Source: an uncultured Candidatus Saccharibacteria bacterium (GTDB lineage: Bacteria > Patescibacteriota > 4484-211 > JAGQKX01). From it: a stretch of DNA of 64,000 bases. The DNA lies in NCBI GenBank assembly GCA_964392315.1, contig CAYMOT010000003.1:3665-67664 (forward strand), read 5' to 3'. The stretch's first letter is position 1, and every line of letters begins with the position of its first letter. The position numbers and the translations under genes are program-made. The notes beneath the pieces were generated by a model that saw nothing but the letters and a program-made list of their open reading frames with translations, had not been told where the DNA came from and searched no databases. Shown here piece by piece: positions 1 through 9,499 of the stretch.

Positions 1-297
1 CTATAATTCAACAATCTTTACCTTCACATACTCTTGTCTATGACCAAACTTCTTGCGATATCCACTAGGCATGGTCTTCATACCTTGTTTCTTTGGTCCT
101 CTTGCACTACCTACGATAACAGCTTTTGTTGATTTTTTGAGGATTGGATCTCCAAATTCCACATCCTCACCATGTACCCGTAACAATGTGTCAAATTCGA
201 TATTTTCTTGATCAGAAGGCAATTTTTCGACTTCAATTTCCTCATCTGCCTGCACCATGTATTGTTTGCCGCCTGTTCTAATAACTGAGTAATCCAT
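1..297 (-). CDS. rplU: 50S ribosomal protein L21
   Basis: Translation contains YSVIRTGGKQYMV, typical of the L21 N-terminus. The likely true start is the internal MDYSV (cat at 295-297), giving about 98 aa. Stop TAG lies at 1-3. Confidence 0.8.
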   Translation of the reverse strand: MDYSVIRTGGKQYMVQADEEIEVEKLPSDQENIEFDTLLRVHGEDVEFGDPILKKSTKAVIVGSARGPKKQGMKTMPSGYRKKFGHRQEYVKVKIVEL

Positions 298-352
298 AAA
301 GAAAATATGTACAATGCGTAGTTGTACATAGATGAAATTCTTCCCGATTGTA

Positions 353-1450
353 TCAATTTGTCCGTTGTACCGCAACAGCCTCAGCTAACGCAATAGCAAC
401 AATTGTGGTGATCAAAGAACTTCCCCCATAACTCATAAGTGGAAGGGGCAATCCGGTAACCGGAAAAAGTCCTATATTCATACCAATATTTGCGATACTC
501 TGTATACTCAGATAGCTCAGAATTCCAATAATTATATAAAATGAGAATCTATCTTGCACACAACGGGCTAAATACATTAGCCGAACTAGTATTATTGCAA
601 TTAGAAACAACACGATTATTCCACCCACGAATCCAAACTCCTCAGTAAATGTAGCGAATATAAAATCCGTGTGCTGCTCAGGAAGAAAACGAAGATGAGA
701 CTGCGTCCCTCTACCCCACCCCCGGCCAAGCATATTCCCTGACCCGACGGCAATAACCGATTGAATTTGATTATATCCCGCACCTAACGGATCAGAAGAT
801 GGGTCAAGGAAACTGCTAATGCGTGCCTTTTGATAATCAGCCAATGAATTGTAACCGACAGGAACGAAAATCACTCCTATAAGAATAAATAGCAAGAGCT
901 TTTTGAGATCAGTCGAGGAAAGACATACTATAGTTGCCCCAATAATCATTACCACGACCGCTGTTCCAAAGTCTGGTTGCATTAGAATGAGTGCGAGTGG
1001 CAACGCTAAAATAAGCATATACCCTAACAATACTTTCCATTGCTTCATTCGCCTACCAAAATGTCCACAATACGATGCCAGTACTAAAATCAAGGCTACT
1101 TTTATAAACTCTGAGGGCTGAAATTGAAACCCACCAATCACAAACCAGCTACTTGCACCTCGTATCGGATCAGCAGTAAGCACTACCAGTACTAACAGCA
1201 CGAGTAATCCTCCAAAGAGGAATGGTGAAAAAAATCTCACCGATCTTAAATCCACTTTAATTAAGAACCAAGCGAGGAATATTCCAAGAATAAAAGCAAG
1301 AAGCTGCTTATACACCAATGTCTCTGATAATCCCTGACCAGCGAGAATCGTACTATATATCGTTGAAAGACCTATCAGGAATAACAAAAACGCAGCTCCT
1401 GCGAGCACCCAGTCAAAACGATGTAGAAATGATCGCATCTCGGCAGACAT
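353..1450 (-). CDS. SEDS-family peptidoglycan glycosyltransferase (RodA/FtsW family), about 10 TM
   Basis: Motifs GDPIRGASSWF, QPSEFIKVAL, PDFGTAVV, FLPEQHTDFIFATF and PLPLMSYGGSSL match FtsW/RodA/SpoVE. It lies outside the dcw cluster, so it is probably the RodA-like paralog. Confidence 0.8.
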   Translation of the reverse strand: MSAEMRSFLHRFDWVLAGAAFLLFLIGLSTIYSTILAGQGLSETLVYKQLLAFILGIFLAWFLIKVDLRSVRFFSPFLFGGLLVLLVLVVLTADPIRGASSWFVIGGFQFQPSEFIKVALILVLASYCGHFGRRMKQWKVLLGYMLILALPLALILMQPDFGTAVVVMIIGATIVCLSSTDLKKLLLFILIGVIFVPVGYNSLADYQKARISSFLDPSSDPLGAGYNQIQSVIAVGSGNMLGRGWGRGTQSHLRFLPEQHTDFIFATFTEEFGFVGGIIVLFLIAIILVRLMYLARCVQDRFSFYIIIGILSYLSIQSIANIGMNIGLFPVTGLPLPLMSYGGSSLITTIVAIALAEAVAVQRTN

Positions 1451-1513
1451 TCACCAATTGTAGCAGGACAAACAATATACCTGCTGTATACGTTTCGTGT
1501 CACATTTTTAGGC

Positions 1514-4483
1514 TTAGACGATGCGAAGTGAGACCGAACCAAGAGGAGTTTCTACCGTACTTGAAGATTTTTCACTCAACGGCATTTCTAAAAGTTCGAT
1601 GGTACAAATTGCTTTTAACTGCACGTCTTCTTGGGCTATCAGGATCGCTTGCCGCAATGCATCATGTTCAACATACAGTTGAATACAGGTTTTTTCATCA
1701 AATGCCAGGCCCGCATTTTTGCGCAAATTCTGCATTTCACGCAACACTTCTCGTACCGCTCCTTCAGCTTTTAGTGCATCCGTTACGTTTAAATCAAGGG
1801 AAACCGACAATTCATTCTCTGTATTTTCCAAAAGCACTTCTTTCACATTGAGTTCCGCTGCTATGATCTCCTGCAATTCAGGCAGTAGTGTCCCTTTCAG
1901 TGTCACGGCAACTGACTGAAGTGGTTGCCTGAGCCGAATGCCCTCTTGTTTGCGTATTGCATGACCTTTCTCCACAATTTCACGAACCTGGTCCATAGCT
2001 GTCTCTAGTTCAACATCATGTTTTACCGTGAGATCAGGCCAATCAGTCAAATGTACTGACTCAGGATCAGTCTCAGAACGTAGGTTTTGATATATTTCCT
2101 CAGCAAGGAACGGAATAAAGGGTGCCAAGATTTTGGTGAGTGTTAGCAGAACCTGATAGGTAGTATCAAAAAAATCCTGAGAATCACCCTCATTAGCACC
2201 ACCTACTCGATCCCGGGACCTTCTGACATACCATTGTGACAAGTCGTTCACGATAAAGGTTTCAAGTGCCCCCGTAGCGGTTGGTGTATCAAAATTATCC
2301 AAAGACTCATTAACTACGATAAGGACTGAATACAACCTCGACTGTATCCACCGATCTAATGAGTTTGCTGAATTTTTAATTCTTAATTCTGGATTCTGGA
2401 CTGGCTCCCAGTCTTGCGCTGTCGCATGCGTCACAAAATAGCGATACGTGTTCCAGAGGATATTCATAAACCGACGCTGTACATCGGTCAAAATAGTGTA
2501 TCCAAACCTAAGATCTCCCGTGCCATGATGATTGGCAGTCCGTTCTCGTAAATATAACCAACGCAGTGCATCAGCACCAACTTTGTTTGCAGCTTCATCA
2601 AACGCAATTGCATTACCGGCACTCTTGTGCATCGCTTTACCCTTTTCATCAACCAAAAATCCGGTCGCCAGCACATTCTGCCATGGTGCCCTATCTTCTA
2701 ATGCAACAGACATAAAGAGTGTCGCATAAAACCATAGTTTTACTTGAGCGATGTACTCAGTAATGAATTCGAACGGATACCACTCCATCCAATATTCACG
2801 GTTATTCAGATAATCAATGGTTGAAAATGGCACAATTCCAGCATCTAACCAACAGTCCCCCACATCCTTCACTCGTGTCCATACCCCAGATTGCTTTTCA
2901 CCATTGATCTCAAGTTTAGAACCATCAAGTTCCACCTCATCAATCCACGGTCGATGGAGTTCTGGCAATGTATCTACTTTTGCTGGATCTAAAGCTAGTT
3001 CTTTTAACTCTTCTTTTGATCCGACTACATAGAACTTAGTTTTATCTTCATTTTCATAAAAAGGAAGGGCGAGTCCCCAATATCGTTTTCGTGATATTGG
3101 CCAATCACCCATATTATCGAGCCAATCCTGCATTCGCTTCCCTGCATGTACTGGCATCCAGTTCACCGTCTCTGCAGCCTTTTTCATATGGGGACGAATC
3201 TCATCAGCAGCAATAAACCACTCTGAGGTAGTACGAAATACTAATTCGTGTTTGCAGCGCCAACAATGCGGATATGAATGGAAAATAGACGCAGTCTTAT
3301 AGAAGAGACCTTTTTCTTTGAGAGACGCATACACGTCAGCACGCACGTCAAATACGTTTTTCTTTGTAAATTGCCCGTAGCCCTCTACATAATCACCAAA
3401 CTCATCTATCGGTTCGAGGAGGTCAAGTCCGTTCACTTTGCGAAGTTCGAAGTCTTCTTTTCCTGCTCCAGGTGCGATGTGGACCAAGCCAGTTCCATCT
3501 TCAGCGGTTACATCATTCCAAAGAATTATTCGATGATTAACTTTTGAAGGTGCCTCTAGTTCATCAAAAGGCCCAGCATATACATTACCTTCAGCTGAGT
3601 TCAAAGCCTCAACCAATTGCTTGCCAGTCACTTCTAGCACAACCTCCTCGTATGTATCCAAAACATCAATTCTATCCTTAGCTACTATCAACACATGAGA
3701 ACCGACACGAACCAACGCATACATGAGCTCTGGATTGACTGCTACCGCCACATTTGCGAGCAATGTCCATGGTGTCGTAGTCCAGATAAGCAAGAAAACA
3801 GCTTCAATGTTTGTTACTGAATCACCTATCAATTTGTTTATTGGAAATTTCACGTAGACTGACTCATGCGTCACGTCTTTATACCCGCCATCCGATAACT
3901 CATGTTGAGAAATCGCCGTTCCGCAACGTGTACACCAAGGCATTGCGTCAACACCTTTATAAATCCACCCTTTTTCATGAATCTTTTTAAGAAAATGCCA
4001 GATGTGCAAATTATTATTCTCACTCATTGTGTAATACGAATTATCCCAGTCCATAAACATACCCAGTCGTCTTGACTGATCTTTTTGGACCTTACTAAAT
4101 CGCTCAACCCGCGCACGACATGAAAGGCAAAACTTATCAATGCCAAACTCTTCTATATCGCGTTTTGAGTTAAACCCCAGATCTTTTTCTTCTTCCACTT
4201 CTACCCAGAGACCCTGGCAATCAAATCCGTTTTGAAAGCGTTGTTTATACCCCTGCATGTTTTTATAACGCTGGAAAAAGTCTTTGATTGTTCTACCGTG
4301 TGCATGATGAACACCCATGGGATTATTTGCAGTAATCGGTCCATCGAGAAAACGAAAGTTCTTTTCAGAAGAATCATTTTTGTGCAAGTATTTCTCTAAT
4401 ACGCCTTGTTCACCCCACCATGAAAGGGTTTTCTCTTCTTGCTTTACATAATCTGGTTGTGAGTCAACTTGTCTAAAGTTCAT
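1514..4483 (-). CDS. ileS: isoleucyl-tRNA synthetase (class I aaRS)
   Basis: 989 aa with HIGH-like HHAHG, KMSKS-like AMHKS, FDCQGLWVE (IleRS WDCHGLP equivalent) and a CWRC zinc knuckle. Preceded by a T-box leader with an AUC specifier. Confidence 0.8.
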   Translation of the reverse strand: MNFRQVDSQPDYVKQEEKTLSWWGEQGVLEKYLHKNDSSEKNFRFLDGPITANNPMGVHHAHGRTIKDFFQRYKNMQGYKQRFQNGFDCQGLWVEVEEEKDLGFNSKRDIEEFGIDKFCLSCRARVERFSKVQKDQSRRLGMFMDWDNSYYTMSENNNLHIWHFLKKIHEKGWIYKGVDAMPWCTRCGTAISQHELSDGGYKDVTHESVYVKFPINKLIGDSVTNIEAVFLLIWTTTPWTLLANVAVAVNPELMYALVRVGSHVLIVAKDRIDVLDTYEEVVLEVTGKQLVEALNSAEGNVYAGPFDELEAPSKVNHRIILWNDVTAEDGTGLVHIAPGAGKEDFELRKVNGLDLLEPIDEFGDYVEGYGQFTKKNVFDVRADVYASLKEKGLFYKTASIFHSYPHCWRCKHELVFRTTSEWFIAADEIRPHMKKAAETVNWMPVHAGKRMQDWLDNMGDWPISRKRYWGLALPFYENEDKTKFYVVGSKEELKELALDPAKVDTLPELHRPWIDEVELDGSKLEINGEKQSGVWTRVKDVGDCWLDAGIVPFSTIDYLNNREYWMEWYPFEFITEYIAQVKLWFYATLFMSVALEDRAPWQNVLATGFLVDEKGKAMHKSAGNAIAFDEAANKVGADALRWLYLRERTANHHGTGDLRFGYTILTDVQRRFMNILWNTYRYFVTHATAQDWEPVQNPELRIKNSANSLDRWIQSRLYSVLIVVNESLDNFDTPTATGALETFIVNDLSQWYVRRSRDRVGGANEGDSQDFFDTTYQVLLTLTKILAPFIPFLAEEIYQNLRSETDPESVHLTDWPDLTVKHDVELETAMDQVREIVEKGHAIRKQEGIRLRQPLQSVAVTLKGTLLPELQEIIAAELNVKEVLLENTENELSVSLDLNVTDALKAEGAVREVLREMQNLRKNAGLAFDEKTCIQLYVEHDALRQAILIAQEDVQLKAICTIELLEMPLSEKSSSTVETPLGSVSLRIV

Positions 4484-4751
4484 ATTATTTGCCTAATTCG
4501 CCTATTAATAAAATTCCCTTGCTTCATTACTATTCGTAATTCTGCAAGGGTCGTTGAGACGGTACCACCTTTTTGTTTATCTCGTCCTGCTGTTTCGGGC
4601 GTACCCGGAGAGTTCTACCCCCTCCAAATTAAAGGGATCTTCTCTCAGACATTCCTGGCTGATAACCAGTCATTCGCAATGCGAAGCGCCGTATAAACTG
4701 TAGTTGATTCTATTGGAGATCTAAAAAGATGTCAATTAATTAGCGTATTAG
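4484..4751 (-). promoter_or_regulatory. T-box riboswitch leader (Ile specifier) upstream of ileS
   Basis: Minus-strand RNA contains AAAGGUGGUACCGUC (T-box consensus AGGGUGGNACCGCG), plus 4556-4569. It is followed by the terminator hairpin CCCUUGC-N21-GCAAGGG and the run AAUUUUAUU, about 20 nt before the AUG. A candidate specifier hairpin CUGG-UUAUCAG-CCAG presents AUC-A. Confidence 0.7.
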
Positions 4752-6098
4752 TTAATCAATACCAGGAACAGGGTACTTAGAGGTTAACGTTTTAACATCT
4801 TCTCCGATTTTCACTAATTCGGGAATGAGTGGTTCAAGAGCTTTTTCAAATTCACTGAATTTCTCAGGCGTGCCTTTTATTATTTCCATTACCTGGTTAA
4901 TCCAATTACCGATTTGTTCCATCTCAGCTTCTTTCATCCCACGCGAGGTTACCGCTGGAGTACCTAATCTTAATCCCGATGGAGAAAATGGTGAGCCCTT
5001 TTCATTCGGATGTGTGTTCGCGTTTGCGATGATATTTGCTTTTTCCAAAGCCAACGCAAGGTTTTTGCCTTTTGTTCCCTTGTTGCTCAAGTCAAGTAAT
5101 ACTAAATGCTTCTCTGTACTTCCTGATACAACATGAAAGCCATAGTCGCTTAATATTGTTGCTAAATATTTAGCGTTAATCACTACCTGTCGTGCATAAG
5201 TTTTGAACTCTTCGGTCATTGCTTCTTTCAGACAAACCGCTATGCCTGCAATTGAATGATTCATCGGCCCTCCTTGCAATCCCGGAAAAACTGCCTTATT
5301 AATCCGCTCGTTAAATCCTTCTCGTGATATATGCGTTTCCGTATCTTCCCGACGTGAAAAAATCAACGCGCCAATGGGTCCACGAAGTGTCTTTCGTGTC
5401 GTCATAGTTACAACATCAGCATACGCAAACGGTGCACTATTTACACCAGCGGCCACAAGTCCTGCCTCATGTGCAATATCAGCCAAGTAATAAGCACCAA
5501 CCTTGTGCGCAATCGCTGCCATTCGTTCATAATCTATTTCTGGTGGGTATGCGGTCCCACCGGAGATAATAAGTTTGGGCTTAACTTCTTCAGCTTGTCT
5601 TTGTATGTCATCGTAATCAAACCGCTCATTATTGGGGTTAACTCGGTAATACTGTATATCAAAGATACGCGACGAAAACGACACCTTTTTACCATCAGGG
5701 AGTTGCCAACCATGCGAAAGATGCCCGCCATCATACAAAAACATGCTGAGTATTCTGTCTCCAGGTTCTAGTAAAGCAGACAAAACTGCCAGGTTTGCAA
5801 CACTCCCCGTCACTGCCTGCACATTTACATCCCACTCAACAGGATCTAAACCAAACAATTGCAATGCCCGTTCTTTTGCCAAACTTTCTACCTGGTCAAT
5901 ATATTGATTTCCCTGGTAATATCTTTTACCAGGCTGACCCTCAGAATATTTATTCATCAACACAGAACCCACTCCTTCTAACACAGCCTTACTCACATAA
6001 TTTTCTGAAGGAATAAGTTGCAATTGTTCCTTCTGACGTACCTGTTCATTTTTGATAATTGATGCCAAGTCGGCATCTGTTTTTTCTAGATTATGCAT
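4752..6098 (-). CDS. glyA: serine hydroxymethyltransferase
   Basis: LIPSENYVS, YSEGQPGKRYYQG, AVTGSVANLAV and HKTLRGPIGALI (PLP-lysine region) are all present. Confidence 0.9.
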   Translation of the reverse strand: MHNLEKTDADLASIIKNEQVRQKEQLQLIPSENYVSKAVLEGVGSVLMNKYSEGQPGKRYYQGNQYIDQVESLAKERALQLFGLDPVEWDVNVQAVTGSVANLAVLSALLEPGDRILSMFLYDGGHLSHGWQLPDGKKVSFSSRIFDIQYYRVNPNNERFDYDDIQRQAEEVKPKLIISGGTAYPPEIDYERMAAIAHKVGAYYLADIAHEAGLVAAGVNSAPFAYADVVTMTTRKTLRGPIGALIFSRREDTETHISREGFNERINKAVFPGLQGGPMNHSIAGIAVCLKEAMTEEFKTYARQVVINAKYLATILSDYGFHVVSGSTEKHLVLLDLSNKGTKGKNLALALEKANIIANANTHPNEKGSPFSPSGLRLGTPAVTSRGMKEAEMEQIGNWINQVMEIIKGTPEKFSEFEKALEPLIPELVKIGEDVKTLTSKYPVPGID

Positions 6099-6110
6099 AC
6101 TTCGTTAAAT

Positions 6111-7727
6111 CTACTCTACCGAATGTCCCATCATCTCCAACTTATCTCGTTTGCGAATCTCGGATGATAACCGTTCTAATCCGGGATCCGAATGATCCAC
6201 ATACTTCATGGCATTTCCCAATATCGGATGAACTTCAGTAATCTTACGATGCATTTCTTGAGCGACCAAGCGGTAGTTTGGATGCCCCTGTGGGGAACTT
6301 CTCAATTCACACAGGTGAAAGGCTTCACGCAAATTCATTTTGAGTCTCCACCTTCCTCGATGTCCATGACAAACAAGATATTGCGACTGATAGGGAAATT
6401 CTGATTCTATGAGAAGGTACGTTTCTGAGGCAATATCAAGGGCTTTACGATATGATTCTTCAAATCCTGCACGAATAATATGATCTGGGATTTCATATCC
6501 ATGATTTGTGGTAAATCTTTGTCGATATCGGGACAAAATCCGATGTCGTTGCAAATCCTTATACGTCCCTAAATCAGCCAAAATCTCAAATGAATAATAT
6601 ACTTCTTCAAAAGCACTACCTACCTTATGCCATCTTCCGTTGCGTTGGGAAACATACGTATCAATAACTCTTGTTTTTTCAGCATCAGATAGGTCTTTTG
6701 CTCTTCTGTAACATGATTCATAACCTACTTCAGAATGCGCAAAGAAAATGCTTGCTATTGTTTTATTTACAGCATCTTTGTCGAAATCATGTAGTATTGT
6801 TTTTGTAGTGTCTTCAAACTCTGCCTGCGGCATCACTTCTTGTACAGAACGTTCTATTGCAGCGTGAGTATTGTTTAAGTACGCATGATACAGCTCACCC
6901 TTTTCTGTTTTGATACGTTCGACAAAGTTAAAGATAACTTTCGCTAATTCGTTATAAAGCTCTTCTCCAAGTCGCTGTGCTTCGGGCAGGGGATCGGCCA
7001 AAAGGCGAGTTATAGCATATTCCCATGCTCTGCCATTTCCCATTATTCCCATATTTGTCAGTGTTCCCATTGGCAATAACCCTCGTAATGTGTCGCATGC
7101 TTTGGCACGAATCGAAGCGGTGTACGCTGATTCTTTCACATCATCTGGTTTAGGAAATTCTTTCTGAAAGTACGCCGTCATCGGTTCAATTAAAGATGAG
7201 TACGTGTCAAACAAATAATCCATTGTCTCTAGATAATCATCTTTATGAACTGAAGCTAAAATATCTGGATCACGGTAGTATTGATAATGACCATTAATTT
7301 TTTCATCAAAACGCACATACCGTGTTGATTTTTCCAAAGGCGACAATCCAATCCTGCGATCTTCCAATGCCTTCGTTGCAACGACACTGATATTCTCAAT
7401 TCCAACATGTACTGCCCCAAGCTCAGCGATGGAATCGTCACCATACATAGCCAGCCATTTACTATAAAATTTCTGAGCTTTCTCAGTGTTAAGCAATGTA
7501 TCAAGCTTTTCTAAACTCTCGGTGAGATCAGTTATTTCATTTAGATCTAATTCATCTGTCTGCAAATAATCCTCTAGGAATAGCTCTCGAAGCGGTTTGG
7601 TCGAACGACTATATCGAGAAAATAGTGCACCTTTTAGTACAGGGGGGAGATTTTTCAAATAGAATACATTTTTGTCCGTATTTGAAAAAAAAGGGGTTAA
7701 TAAGTGTTGATTATTTAATGCCATCAT
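6111..7727 (-). CDS. thyX: flavin-dependent thymidylate synthase ThyX-like, tandem two-domain form
   Basis: 538 aa. The C-terminal half carries LQRHRILSRYRQRF (RHR/S/QRY ThyX signature). The N-terminal half has a degenerate copy (GDDSIAELG...DRRIGLSPLEKSTRY). Synteny with glyA and tmk supports the call. Confidence 0.5.
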   Translation of the reverse strand: MMALNNQHLLTPFFSNTDKNVFYLKNLPPVLKGALFSRYSRSTKPLRELFLEDYLQTDELDLNEITDLTESLEKLDTLLNTEKAQKFYSKWLAMYGDDSIAELGAVHVGIENISVVATKALEDRRIGLSPLEKSTRYVRFDEKINGHYQYYRDPDILASVHKDDYLETMDYLFDTYSSLIEPMTAYFQKEFPKPDDVKESAYTASIRAKACDTLRGLLPMGTLTNMGIMGNGRAWEYAITRLLADPLPEAQRLGEELYNELAKVIFNFVERIKTEKGELYHAYLNNTHAAIERSVQEVMPQAEFEDTTKTILHDFDKDAVNKTIASIFFAHSEVGYESCYRRAKDLSDAEKTRVIDTYVSQRNGRWHKVGSAFEEVYYSFEILADLGTYKDLQRHRILSRYRQRFTTNHGYEIPDHIIRAGFEESYRKALDIASETYLLIESEFPYQSQYLVCHGHRGRWRLKMNLREAFHLCELRSSPQGHPNYRLVAQEMHRKITEVHPILGNAMKYVDHSDPGLERLSSEIRKRDKLEMMGHSVE

Positions 7728-8356
7728 TACTTTTTAAAAACTGGCGGAATCATGATGTGGATATCAGCAAGCGCATAGGTTCGATCTGCTTCTTTTTCAT
7801 GATCGTACGACTCAACGAACCACTGCTTATCAGCATGAAATTCTGAGGAGCCGAAAAAATATTTCTTCGGCGTGATAAACCTCCAACGGGTGTCCCCTTC
7901 CCAATTTGTGTATAGCACTTTGTATGGGTCTTCTGATTTGGTTATTCCAACCATGTGAAGATTCTCCTCGAAGAATGTAACCGTTTGCTTGTCTCCAATT
8001 TCGAACGGATCAACCCAATCATATTCTACGTGTTCATCGTCCAATCGAATCTCCCCCTCATCAATCACCGAAAGAAACGTAAAATCATGATACAGAGTAG
8101 TTTGATCAGGTAAGTACAAATACCAGCTTGTGGGCGGCAATAATAACCGTCCATGTAGTCCTGTCTCTTCATAAATCTCCACGGAGATCGCGTCACTCGC
8201 TCGATCATGGCTCTCGACATTCCCGGCAACCACATTCCAAACTCCTGGGTTAAATTCCCGATTACTGGATCTCTTAAAGAGCAGTACTTTCCCTTCGGGG
8301 TTAATAATAACTGCTGAAACACTCAATCTCTTTTTAATATCAGCCGAGGATGCCAT
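7727..8356 (-). CDS. NUDIX hydrolase with about 60 aa C-terminal extension of unknown function
   Basis: Nudix box-like GNVESHDRASDAISVEIYEETGL. The stop overlaps the thyX start by 1 nt (TAATG). Confidence 0.6.
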   Translation of the reverse strand: MASSADIKKRLSVSAVIINPEGKVLLFKRSSNREFNPGVWNVVAGNVESHDRASDAISVEIYEETGLHGRLLLPPTSWYLYLPDQTTLYHDFTFLSVIDEGEIRLDDEHVEYDWVDPFEIGDKQTVTFFEENLHMVGITKSEDPYKVLYTNWEGDTRWRFITPKKYFFGSSEFHADKQWFVESYDHEKEADRTYALADIHIMIPPVFKK

Positions 8357-8466
8357 AGGTTTAGTTATAGCAGGAATTGTCTCCGAAGCAACGCGTATAT
8401 TTGGCTATTACGTCTACAAATTATCCATGATAGTATCTTTGCCAAATCCCAACTGGAGGAGGACAT

Positions 8467-9123
8467 ATGCGTAAAAGAAGAAAAGGCTTATACATAGCGT
8501 TTGAAGGAATAACCGGCAGTGGTAAAGGCACTCAAGTCTCTATCCTCGTCGAAGCTCTGAGAGGTTTGGGACTTGATGTGATAACTACACGGGAACCTGG
8601 AGGCGACGAGATTGCGGAGGCTATTAGGAAACTGGTTCAAGGAACATATTTTGAGATTCCAATAGAACCAGTAACTGAGGCATATTTGTATGCTGCTGCT
8701 CGTTCCCAGTCGTTACGTCGCATTGTTAAAACAGCTTTGGAGCAAGGCACACTTGTGGTGGCCGATCGGTCAGTGTTCTCGAGTGTTGCATTTCAAGGTA
8801 AGGGAAGAAGAATTGGTATCGAAACTGTGCTGAATATTAACGAAATCGCACTCGATGGGTTAATCCCTGATTGTGTCATTCATTTAGATCTGCCTTGCGA
8901 AGTAGCTCTTGCTCGCACTTTCGATAGAGAAGGAGACCGTTTTGAACGTGAAGCCATCGAATTTCACCAGGGCTGTGCGGATGCATATCAAGAAGTAGGC
9001 CAGATGCCACAATTTAGAGCTATCTGGCATACCATTGACGGGATGGGGTCAGTAGATGACGTGACAGAAAGAGTATGGGCTGTAATACAGACGTTTATTG
9101 AAGAGTGGCAAAACCAAGGGTAG
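8467..9123 (+). CDS. tmk: thymidylate kinase
   Basis: P-loop IAFEGITGSGKGTQ and TREPGG are present; 218 aa. Confidence 0.85.
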   Translation: MRKRRKGLYIAFEGITGSGKGTQVSILVEALRGLGLDVITTREPGGDEIAEAIRKLVQGTYFEIPIEPVTEAYLYAAARSQSLRRIVKTALEQGTLVVADRSVFSSVAFQGKGRRIGIETVLNINEIALDGLIPDCVIHLDLPCEVALARTFDREGDRFEREAIEFHQGCADAYQEVGQMPQFRAIWHTIDGMGSVDDVTERVWAVIQTFIEEWQNQG

Positions 9124-9141
9124 TACACGTTACTACCCTTT
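9119..9141. terminator. hairpin between convergent tmk and mazG-like genes
   Basis: GGTAGTA-cacgt-TACTACC (7 bp stem) overlaps the tmk stop. The flanking U-tracts are weak. Confidence 0.35.
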
Positions 9142-9164
9142 ATGCTGTACGAGTTGAGAAGCTA

Positions 9165-9494
9165 TCATCTGGTATCGCCGCTTCCTTGAATAACACCCCG
9201 CTCTTTGCGTGAAGCGAGTTTCTCTATATTGTGGTTCGCAACTTCGCTGAGCTCGAACCCAAACTCTGATGAAAGCTGAGCAACGTACCACAGCACATCG
9301 CCGAGTTCTTTCATAAGAAGTGTTTTTGTATCTTCATCAAGAACACCATCTTTATCACGAATGATCTTTTTCACTTTCTCGGCAATCTCTCCTGCCTCAC
9401 CCACTAAACCTAATGTTGGATATACATAGTTATTCCCAACTTCGGGATACACTGCCGTCTCTCGTGATTTTTGCTGATATTCGCTAAAATTCAT
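9165..9494 (-). CDS. MazG-like nucleoside triphosphate pyrophosphohydrolase (all-alpha NTP-PPase)
   Basis: LGLVGEAGEIAEK...ELGDVLWYVAQL is the typical MazG/YpjD core. Likely start is MNFSEYQ (the ORF track start at 9527 is an upstream extension). It starts 6 nt after the nrdJ stop. Confidence 0.7.
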   Translation of the reverse strand: MNFSEYQQKSRETAVYPEVGNNYVYPTLGLVGEAGEIAEKVKKIIRDKDGVLDEDTKTLLMKELGDVLWYVAQLSSEFGFELSEVANHNIEKLASRKERGVIQGSGDTR

Positions 9495-9499
9495 TTCTA

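Noticed and set aside
903-4696. Numerous 60-180 aa ORFs antisense to rodA, ileS, glyA, ftsZ and other long genes
   Set aside because: They are embedded opposite long, motif-supported CDSs, have low-complexity or Ser/Cys-rich compositions and no start context, and are the usual six-frame noise.
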